From contig MEDY01000056.1 in the NCBI GenBank assembly GCA_001724265.1, positions 62,001 through 108,181 of the forward strand: 46,181 bases of DNA, written 5' to 3'. The notes below the pieces were generated by a model that saw only the letters and a program-made list of their open reading frames with translations, was not told where the DNA came from and did not search any database. Below are positions 37,001-46,181 of this stretch, in pieces. The translations under genes were made by a program, and so were the position numbers. Each line of letters opens with the position of its first letter. The stretch's first letter is position 1. Source of the stretch: Rhizaria sp. SCN 62-66 (lineage: Eukaryota).

Positions 37001-39979
37001 ATTGATATTGAGCTGTACGACAGCGTCGACTCGCTGCCGCGCGACGCGCCGCCTCTTTCGCTTGCCGTTGGTGCGAATTCATGTGTTATAGGGAGTGGGT
37101 TAGCGGCTGCATTGAGCTTCATGCACCCCGATGGCATTTCACTTGACCCTATCACAGCCGAAAAACACGCAGCTGTGAGCAAGAGCTCGAATACTAGTGT
37201 TGGGAAGACCAAGTGGTTCGGCGTGGTTCCCCCGGCAAATGGTCGCCACGCTCACCCGCTTCGCCCTCTTGCCACAGCCATTAATGACAACGGGCGTGGT
37301 CGCGATGCGATCGACGACATCAACGCCTTCCCGTTGTCGCTACCCCCGTCTGCGCCGATTGCGGTCCACATGCCATTCATTGTGCAGACTGTGTTGGCGT
37401 CAGTGTTTGAGGATGTCTCGCGCATCCATGACGAATACGCTGCGCAATCATGGGATCTTTCATTGGCTCACGACCAATCCGCGAACAAAAGTCCACACGT
37501 CAAACATGACTCATGGAACCGCTCCCCGCGCGCCCACGCTGCCGCCCTGACGCGTCTACTGCTCTCGCATGCCCCGTCACCTCTGTCTACCCCCGCCGCA
37601 GCTGCATTGGACGAGCTCGCCCGTGCGCTTGCTGCGTGCAAGATGCTCACACGTGGACTCACGGCGCCGCGCGAGACTGCCCCGTTGCTTTCTTTCTTTG
37701 GGACAGCAACGCCCTTTGCAATTACTGGCGCAGATGCCGCGTCTGCCCTAGTTGGCGCTGGTATTGTTTCGGATCTGGCTGAGGCAGCGCGCGCGTGTGC
37801 GCTGATGACGGCCGCGGGTGCGCTTGCTGCGATGCCTGTCAAGGGCGCCGCGGTTGTAGACACGGCACAGAGTGCGGCTGCAGCAGCTGCAGCAGTGGCG
37901 GCGGCAGCGGACGCGGCGGGCGACGTCCCAGCACCTCTTGCGATGTCTGTGGCTGCTGCGACAGCGAGCGCGCTCTGTGTTGTGCCGGGTATTGATCCTG
38001 CTGCGACAACGGTGCCAGCCCAGGCACCGAGCGTAAGGGAGATTCTGAGTTACGAAAGCACGCACTCATCTAAGCCTCAACAAGGCGTGTGCGCTGACGC
38101 CGATGGTGTGCCGGCAGTTGTAGGAGGTGTGAAGATGACATTGTCTCATTCGTCTTTTGCAATTCCGCATGCTGCAGTGCTGCGCATCTCAGTGCCAACT
38201 CACGGCGCGAATCTTAGTGTGGTTAACCAACACAAAGATGTTCAATCAGACACGACGCAGTCGCGCGCTAAGGCATCGACTGATAGCTCTTTTGCTGCAG
38301 GTAGTGTTAGCAATTCTGGCAACACTCCTGGTGCACTGTATCAGTGGCTTGCAGGACACCCTCTGCACGGCCCACTCGCACGCGCTAACACATTTGTCCT
38401 CGGTGATGCTGAACCTTTACTTACACAGCAAAGGAACAACCCTAGTGACGGAACAAGCAGCCGCGACCCCGGCGCCCAAACTGGTTTCCTGGCTGGCTTG
38501 CTCGACTCGCCGCACAGTCGTGGACTATTTGAGGCTGCCTGGGCGCACTCCCCGCTGCCACGATCACCACTGTTTACTGTTGCGAATACGAGCAATGTGA
38601 ACGATCAAGCATCGGTAGGCTTTATGTCAACGTCGTCATCAGCTGCGGCTGCTGTTGTTACACGTGTTGTTGCTAGTGCTGAAGTTCAATCTTCATTGAA
38701 GCGTGTCATGAACGTCGAGACCGAGTCCAAATCGGCTGGTGACAAAGTGTGGATTAGTAACATCAGCTCGCAACGTTGCATTGCCTACACTGACAATAAC
38801 GCTAATATCAGTCTGGATACGATGGTGAGCATCAACTCACACACAACTTCGTCTGGCAAGGACAATATTAACAATCCGAGTCCCCTCTCGGCCCCAAAGG
38901 GTGTAAGTACCGCCAAATCCGTTTTCGTCGCGTTACCATCGCCTACCGAGTCCATCGGTCCCGTGTTTTCTCCGGCGTACGGCCCTGTATTCACCGCTGA
39001 TGACAGTGTGTACCGTTTCACGTACCATCTCCTTAGCCCGTTACTTCCATCAGTTGCGCCGTGTCCGATTCCGCCACTCTTCACCACTGCAGCCGCCGCA
39101 GCCACTTCGGTGGCGACTCGCCTCAATGCGCGCACAAGCGGCGCGGGCAACAGCGGTGGTGCTGGTGCGAATGCGAGGAATGTGCCTTCCGCTCCGTCTG
39201 TCCCCGGGCTCTGTCTCAGCGTGCTCCCCACCAACGCTCGCGCTTTGATTGCGTACTCGACCCTCACGCCCACTCCGGTCGACTACCTCATGGTGCGTGC
39301 ACTGCGGTTTGCGCTCAAAGATCATCTTGAGGAGCGACCGACTCTCCGTGCCCACGCTTGCGCCGCCGCCACCGCCGCTGCGCACACAAAGGCTCTTTAT
39401 GCTGGCAATGTGGCAGCAGCGGGAGCGCGGGGCGGCATGGGAGGAATCGCGGTGGGAGGCTTTGGCAATCCCGTTGTGACTGTGGGCGCCGGCGTCGGGG
39501 AGAGCGTAATGTTCCCTCTCGCTCTCAAACCGTCTCAGAGAGACAACCGCGAGGACGTCAATGAAGAAGATGATGACGACGATGATGTTGATACTGAAGA
39601 GGAGACGGAGCTTGAGCTGATGAAGGCTGAAGCTGCGTCCCATCTTCCAGTCCTCTGTTTCACTGCCGCCGCCGCCGCGCGCGCGCTGCTCGACTCGGAA
39701 CAGCTTGTCGCGACCGAGGCTGAAGCTGCAACGGTGCTCACGCGTTTGTTGCACTTGGAGCTCATTCACAACAACAGCTCGCGACACCCGGGACCTGGCC
39801 CCATGGTGGGGACGGCAGCCGAGGTTGCCCTTCCCGCAGGGCTTGGCAAGGACTTCGTGCTGCCGCCCAGCCCTGCCGTTGTGGCTGATAAGGGCAATAA
39901 CGTACTGCTTAAGGAGGTTGTCAAGGTGACTGGAAACGCTTGGTACTACTTTAGCCCCGTTGTTACCTCGCTTGGGTGA
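16067..39979 (+). CDS. Giant DENN-domain protein (putative Rab GEF), about 7970 aa, with a PH-like segment and two C-terminal DEP-like domains; contains 3 in-frame TAG codons
   Basis: ORFs 16064-16246, 16313-22768, 22919-31051 and 31076-39979 share one frame and are separated only by single TAGs (16244, 22766, 31049), with no other stop in the gaps. uDENN motifs KSELVIRYP, FVFPRGV, HSFVLS, VYGV, PRAVVVLS. cDENN at about 18281-18590: LFARLS...EALSSLIQPF...YVPLL...LHAPMPFFVG...CNLDTNRV. Ends TGA TAA. Confidence 0.75.
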
Positions 39980-40756
39980 TAAAAATATGAAGTTTCAAGT
40001 TTCCGACAAACATTGAAAGCGATTGAAAGCGGTTTTTAAGTTAACTTTAAGGCCTCAAGAATGTTGTCTATTGGCAATCACAAGACCGACTATGTTTACC
40101 ATATGTCGGTTTTAGTTAATGATTTTGTAGAATTAGTAATGATGTATAGTTTTTGTGGTGATATAGATGCATATAACAATATCATCCGTGCTTTATATAC
40201 ACTTGCTTTATTTAGAACCATGTGCACACTGATTTTTTACTTTGAGGGAATACTGAGACGAGATACATGCATCAACGTGTACATCTAACATATTCGGTAG
40301 GAACATCTGTTTATCTTCCGTCGTCGTTGAACATCTCGACATAACAACGCTTCACGATGTATGGACTGTGAATGTAAAGCAACAAGACGTTTGTGGTTGA
40401 CTGTCCACCGAACTGCAACAAATCCATCTAAGGCGAAGGCCGCCGCTGCAAAAGTTCAAACATGGTTAAGTGCGCTAGTGTGATCGTTGATATAAAATCT
40501 GTCATTGATTTCATAACGTCGCGTTTTTTTACTGTTGTATAAATCTATCTACACTTGAATTATGTTTACTTAATTCTGTCAAATCACTCTGACAATCACA
40601 CGACCCAATCCAATGCCGAGCCGATCTCTCCTCATCTCGCCTGTCTCTGCTATGTCATTCATAGTCAAGTCCTCATCGAGCGAAGAAGGCAAGTGTATAG
40701 ACCGAGACATTAAAACCCGTCTGTGCTTGCTTAAGCGCGCCAAAATCTTCTTAACG

Positions 40757-42919
40757 ATGTCCTTCCCGGCTCCCCCGCCAGCAGACCTTGCCGAGTCAGC
40801 GTCTCCACCGTCTCTGTCGCCGTCGGACCCATCGTACTCGCACGAATACCCATCATTTCTCGCCGGACTCACCGCGCCTGTGATTCCGCATGGATCGATC
40901 TTTATTGACCTTTCGCTTCGCGATGCTGCATTTGCGTACAACGCGACAAAGAAGATCTGGAACCGCGACCATCTCAAGGCCGACATTATCGAGCAATGGC
41001 GCTCTCTCGGTCACGTTACTGCCAATCGCTCTCACGGCAATAACCTTCTCATCACGCTCTCTGTTCGATCCGCGCTTGACCTCTTCCTAACCTGCCAGCG
41101 GTACCCGCAAGGGTCTTTGGTGCTGATCGGCGCTGTAAACATCCCCGACGTCGCCACCGTCATCCGTGCCCACGGCCTTGTGCCCGTCCCGATAGACATC
41201 GACGTCGACGCGTTCGACATGCGCCCCGACTTGCTAGAAGCAGCCCTGCAGCTGTATGGCACGCTGCCGCCGCACTGCCAACCTGCTACAGTTGCGAGCG
41301 CGGCCGCCAATGCCCTTGCTCCCAACGCGGCAGTTTCGTCTGTGCTTGCGGCTGTGAGCGCAGAGCCCCCGCGTGTCGCTTTCGTGCTCACCGCGCACAT
41401 CTTTGGCCGCATCACAGACGTCACACCGCTCATCACCCTCTGTTGCAAGCACAGCGTGCCGTTTGTTGAGGACCTGGCGGAGGCGCTTGTTGGCAACCAC
41501 CAGCGCTGTTTCGGACACCCGGACAGCGACGTCACGCTGCACTCGTTCGGCACCTCCAAAGTACTTTTTCAAAAGATCACACCAAATGATATTGTTTGAA
41601 TTTCTTTGTGGAGTTAGAAAGTTTGTTTATGAATCATGTTGGTTCACATATATCTCTATCTGTCTTTTTCGTCTGCTCTTCACAGTACTTCACTGCGCTA
41701 GGCGGTGGTATCGCTCGTGTGCGTGACCCCGTACTTTACAAAGCGATGAAGGCGTTGCTAGAGACGCAACCCATTACCCCCGACTCCGACTATGCTGCCA
41801 AAATTGCAAAAGTTGCACCTGTAATGACTGTGCTCAACTCAACAATGTTAAGCGCTGTGGGAATGCGGGCGGCGCACGCCTTCAACTACGACTACAAGAC
41901 TAAAGCTGTCACGATGTTGCGTGGTACGCAATCGAAAAATGTGCTGCTGGCTCATTATCATTAAACGTGGATGTTTTTTTGAATGTAACCTGACCCTTTA
42001 TCTGATTTACCCATTTCTATCTGTTGTTGATGTTTTTCTGTTTGGCGTCACAGGTTTCCCTGACCGCATGATCGAGCGCATCCGCGCGCAGCCGGCGACG
42101 TCGCACCTGGCCCTGCTGCGCCGCCGCCTGGCCCAACTTAACTCCCCCGCGGGCACTGCCGAGCTGCTCGCCTCCGCGCGCGTCTTCGCGCAGGTCCAGT
42201 CACTACTCGCGGCTCGCGACGCCGACGCCGAGATCGTCGCCACGGGCCGCAGCGTGATCCCGACCGCGCCCGCGGCCCCGCCGCGCGTCGCGCTGTCCGC
42301 AGCAACCGCGCTTCCGGGCGCCGCACCCGTGGGCCCGTTGCACGCGTCGTGGCTGTTCCCTGTCGCCTTCCGCGACGTCGACGCCGCCGTGGCCGCACTT
42401 TCAGGGCTCGGTGTCGACGTCTACCGCGGCGCCACGCAGCTCGCCGCGCTGCCGCCGCCCGAAGCGAGCGCCGTCAACGCGCCGGGGGCCGCGCCGGGGA
42501 CCGCGGGGTGGCGGCCCGCGGCGCGCGCGGCGGACGCGGAGTGGGCGATGGCGCACGTGGTGTACCTGCCGGTGAATAAGCGCATGAGCGAGGCGATGGT
42601 GAGCCGCGTTGCGCAGGCCGTAGTGGCCGTCGGTGGGGTCCGCAAGCTGGGGCAGGGGCCGATTCTGCGCTCGAGCTACGGCAACGGCCGGAGCCATAAC
42701 AATCGCGTTGAATCGAGACTGAATGCTAGCGCAAACACTGAGACAGCCACGGACGCCTGCAATGTTGACGCTGTTGCAAACTTGAGTAGCACAAACAATA
42801 GCGGAAGTGCGAACGGTGGAAATGCCGTTTCTGATGTTGCTGTGAGGTACAGTGCGGTTAACGGTAGAAGTGGGATTGAGCTGTGTTCGCGCGCTGGAAA
42901 GCTCGATGCGAAGCTGTGA
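40757..42919 (+). CDS. PLP-dependent aminotransferase, DegT/DnrJ/EryC1/StrS family, about 635 aa; exons 40757-41560, 41686-41923, 42054-42919
   Basis: Motifs LSVRSALDLFL, GLVPVPIDID, AHIFG and FVEDLAEA. Splicing restores SFGTSK|YFTALGGG, which carries the PLP-binding Lys. C-terminal VVYLPV. Stop is TGA. The start codon choice is inferred. Confidence 0.85.
41561..41685 (+). other. Spliceosomal intron, 125 nt, phase 0
   Basis: AAA|GTACTT...CTTCACAG|TAC; AT-rich; removal rebuilds the catalytic motif. Confidence 0.9.
41924..42053 (+). other. Spliceosomal intron, 130 nt, phase 1
   Basis: G|GTACGC...GTCACAG|GT; T-rich; removal gives MLRGFPDRMIERIR. Confidence 0.85.
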
Positions 42920-43244
42920 AATGTGCAGGCCGTCAACACGTCAACTGACTTTCACTTACCAAATGCTCCTCTTGTAATACTGGGGGCGTCAAAAGCAACG
43001 CGCGTAAATTATACACCACTGTAGAAATCTTGATTTAGTGTTTTGTAATGTACAATATACTTACAGTCGATTGTACAGATAGTGGTTGATTTTCACGGTT
43101 TTTTTAAACCGCGTCCGATTATTATTTGAATACATTTTTTATTGTCATTTCATAATGCCCAATTTAAATTAAAAAAATGCGCTCTCTTGACTCTATCCTA
43201 GCGATCGGAAAGATACTTTCGCAACTTTCGCAACTTCGACCCCT

Positions 43245-43770
43245 ATGCCGCCTAAGAGGAGGACGTCTTCGAAGCCTCGTGAGCCTCAAGCAGAGAGCCA
43301 AAGGCGCGTATTAACTTTGTAAGTCATCTCAACGGCACAGTAGTCGCGGTTCATTTGATGCCGTTGCGTTCAAGAACGTTTTTGAGTGTATTGTGCGCCA
43401 GCTGCGTCTCATGCACACTGGTGACACTCCTACTCTTGTGCTTGATAACGCACGCATTCATCACGCCAACATCATCCAGTCTTTGATTAAAACATGTGGT
43501 GTGAATATTGTGTATCTTTCACCCTATTCACCTTCTCTTAACCCGACCGAGAACCTCTTTTGAGTTGTGAAGAGTCTGATCAACAAGCGCTGGGTGCCAA
43601 ACCCGCCCACTGATAAGGCACAAGTCCTTAAACTAGTTAAAAACATCATCCGGGACCTCATGGAAAAGACAAGGAACTACACTCGTGCTTGCTACTACTC
43701 ACACTTGCGCAACCAAGTCAAGGCCATCGGGCTGAGAGGTGAGATTACGTATCCCTCGGAGGATGTTTAA
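43245..43770 (+). mobile_element. Decayed, internally deleted Tc1/IS630-superfamily (DD34E) transposase pseudogene
   Basis: The frame from 43321 reads RGSFDAVAFKNVF...LVLDNARIHHA...YLSPYSPSLNPTENLF*VVKSLI. Asp at 43444 and Glu at 43549 have 34 residues between them. Premature TGA at 43561. The first catalytic Asp region is missing. A short MPPKRR...RRVLTL* stub starts at 43245 in another frame. Confidence 0.85.
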
Positions 43771-44257
43771 CTCGTTGACTGGATCCTAAACTTGGGTTTT
43801 TGTGCGTATCTCTCTTGTCAGCAGCCTCAGTTAGCGGTAGCGCGAATGGCGGCAGAGTGGGTGACAAAAGATAAGAGCCGAGACACATAGTCGCATACCT
43901 TTTTGACGAAGCCCTGTTGCACTTGGGGAATCTTCAGCGAGACGCCATCCTCCTTCTCTTCTTTGCAGACAGCTGCTTGGAAGTCTGCGCTGACGCTTCA
44001 GCGATTGTCGTGTCATCCGGCGTAACACCTAGATTGTTCTGAACAGATAGGGCGGATGGGGATGATGGCGCGGATTGCGCGGCGTTGCGCGTCGGCCATA
44101 AAAAGTCCACCACTTAACATAAACCGAGATAGGAGACAAAGGGGAAGATGAATAGGAGCGGACCGTGATGTGAGAACAACCATGTGCCAAGTCACGGTTG
44201 TGTTTTACTATTTGCTTTTTACATATTCCTGTACAATGTACGGACATGCTCGTAAGC

Positions 44258-45278
44258 TTACTGTGTAAACTGCTCCGGAAACACTGCCTCTAGCCGAGTC
44301 TGCAAAATTGCCCTCTGATCAGCCCACAGCTTGTTGCTGCTGCTGTTATTGTTGTCATTGCTGTCACCAAGAGCAGTGGTAATAACTTGTAAGCGTTGAT
44401 TCTGCTCAAAAACATACTTGACCTCGTCATCACTCAACTTGGCCACCGTCTCCATTAACATATACGCACTTTGCGGCTAAGCCACAGTATCACCGGCGCG
44501 GCTTAGCTTAGCAGCAAGGCGGCTTAACATCGCGTCGAACCCATCTCCCATTGCAAACGCCATAACAGCTAATTTGCCAGCGGATTCGAACAGTGCACGC
44601 AAAGTGGTGTAAATTTCAAAACAGATATTGTTGTTTCGACGGGTATAGTCAGAGTGTTGTTGCGAAGCAGTGCTAAGGACTGTGATCAAGCGGGTAACTA
44701 AGCTGCTAGATGCTGAGTCAGCAGAGCTGGCGTTAGATGCTACGTCAACAGCGAGCGCGCTTGCTGAGTCAGCAGAGTTGGCGGAAGCTAAGCCGCCACC
44801 GTCGCCGCCACCGTCGCCGCCACCGTCCGTTGCAAATGCGTTATACCTACAGAGGCACGTGATCACAAGGCTGATTCGCGGCAGTAGATTCGCACTATTA
44901 TGACTCTCCCTTTCCAGCAGTGACAAGAGATCACTTAACGCTTTTTGCCTGTTAACGGCTGAAAACGCAGCCGTTTCCGCGAGTGCGAGTGTGATATGCA
45001 GTAACAGGTTGCAGATAAGGTCATCATCGGTGGTAGGGTGCTTCGACTTCGGGCTCAGAGTACAAAGGCGGGGGGAAAGGAAAAGAGAGGTCATTTTACC
45101 GCAGTCTGCGGCGTTGGCGAGGAGAGTTGAGCAGTCTAATTGGGTTTGGGGAGGCCACGACATGATCGTGTCACCGGTTACAAGGAGTTTAAGGATTTTA
45201 AGGAGTACTACCACCCGCTGCATCTGCTCCTGCTCCTGCTCCGCCTTCTGAGACTGCGACTACTGCTGCGGAGACTGC

Positions 45279-45371
<93 letters not shown>

Positions 45372-45672
45372 GTTGTTGTTGTTGTTGCTGCTGCTGCTGC
45401 GAGGCTGCTTCGTATAAGATCACAGGAGTTAGTTGCTGCATGAGCAGCGACACAACGTTGCTCTCAACCAGATCATGCATGACCATGTCACTTGTGAAGT
45501 CGTCGTCGTAGCTGTAGGGGTCACTTTGGCAGTCTCGAATGGCATTCCAAAGCTGACAGAGAGAAGCGAGGCTGAGAGGGTTAGAGTCTCTGGTAGTCAT
45601 CGAGGCTAGAACTTGACGGAGAGTGACCAAACGCCAGTCGACCTCGTCGTCGTCGTTAACGCTAGTTGGCAT
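44258..45672 (-). CDS. Hypothetical Leu-rich helical protein with a poly-Gln tract, about 471 aa; needs 2 TAG read as sense and a 1-nt correction in the CAA repeat (gene with assembly error, or pseudogene)
   Basis: ATG at 45672 (MPTSVNDDDEVDW). One base is missing near 45370 in (CAA)n. The corrected frame reads Q...QSPQQ*SQSQKAEQEQEQMQR (TAG 45262-45260), then GDTVA*PQSAYMLMET (TAG 44479-44477), and ends at TAA 44260-44258. Confidence 0.6.
44711..44829. repeat. Intragenic duplications: 22-nt direct repeat and (CCGCCACCGTCG) about x3
   Basis: TGCTGAGTCAGCAGAG(C/T)TGGCG at 44711 and 44762; the tandem 12-mer encodes DGGGDGGGDGGG on the - strand. Confidence 0.8.
45275..45399 (-). repeat. (CAG)/(CAA)n microsatellite encoding about 40 Gln
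   Basis: (ttg)n and (ctg)n on the + strand, with one gat interruption and one 2-nt unit near 45370. Confidence 0.95.
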
Positions 45673-46181
45673 GGCAGCAAGGGGGACTCTTTGGTAAGTG
45701 CGGATAAGCGTGGGGAAAAGATGTGAGCGCGGGAGAGGAGAGGCAAGTGAGGGGAGAGAGAGTGGCAGTGCGTGGAGGCAAAGAGGTGTCAACGAAAGAA
45801 GGGATTTGCGTTATCACATACAGCGAACTAAGGAAACACAAAAATATAAATCATTTCAACCAAACCATATTGTTTTGCGTTAATATCAGTCGCGGAAACG
45901 GTAATCTCAGCGCAAACCAGAGCGTGAAACTTTGAAGATTTTGGAGGGTCTGTCTGACCACAAACGATAAATGTCAACGAGGTCTGCCAGAATCATTTTT
46001 TGGCAACTTGGGTGAGCTCAACATATAGTGTTTTGCGTGTCTGCCCCTCAGAATGTTGTATCAAGAGATTGATATTATTTTCTCTATATATAATTCTCCT
46101 TAAAACACCTTTATTTAACACGCATACCTGTCACCTCCGACTCTCCCAAAGCTCACCGCTCTTCCTTTCAATGGCGCCACC

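Noticed and set aside
41-42939. Hundreds of overlapping and antisense ORFs of 60-480 aa
   Set aside because: Expected shadows of GC-rich, Ala-rich coding sequence that is poor in off-frame stops; none shows a recognisable domain.
43561-43563. In-frame TGA as Trp or selenocysteine recoding
   Set aside because: It lies in a truncated transposase relic, TGA terminates three genes in this window, and I saw no SECIS-like element.
43070-44237. ATTGTACAG / CTGTACAAT as transposon terminal inverted repeats
   Set aside because: Only 9 bp match, and the match does not extend inward.
43831-44247. Short minus-strand ORFs between the transposase and the poly-Gln gene
   Set aside because: No consistent start or frame and no recognisable motif; possibly UTR or decayed element sequence.
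45208-45792. Poly-Asn protein ending in SRSRSRCSGW
   Set aside because: Artefact of a one-base slip in the CAA repeat; the Gln frame continues into the downstream ORF.
46171-46181. Possible start of a further + strand gene (ATGGCGCCACC after a C/T-rich leader)
   Set aside because: Only 11 nt are visible, too little to support a call.
1-46181. tRNA (including a CUA suppressor), rRNA or CRISPR array
   Set aside because: No cloverleaf or T-loop signature, rRNA-like sequence or spaced direct repeats seen by eye in the intergenic regions; a tRNAscan-SE run would be needed to exclude a tRNA formally.

Overview
GC-rich nuclear DNA of a flagellated eukaryote, most likely a protist. This is supported by four GT-AG introns of 121-132 nt, a CFAP58 gene, and AT-richer intergenic spacers. 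Genes in order: the 3' part of a giant IQ-motif/coiled-coil protein (+, to 9975); CFAP58 (-); a divergent two-exon gene of unknown function (+); one giant DENN/PH-like/DEP protein (+, 16067-39979, about 7970 aa); a three-exon DegT/DnrJ/EryC1/StrS PLP aminotransferase (+); a decayed Tc1/IS630-type DD34E transposase; and a poly-Gln helical protein (-). Main finding: five in-frame TAG codons interrupt otherwise continuous reading frames in two genes, two of them inside Gln runs, while all six cellular gene ends use TAA or TGA. This points to a nuclear code in which UAG alone is read as sense (probably Gln) and UAA/UGA remain stops. Domain calls come from motif recognition by eye, not from database searches.
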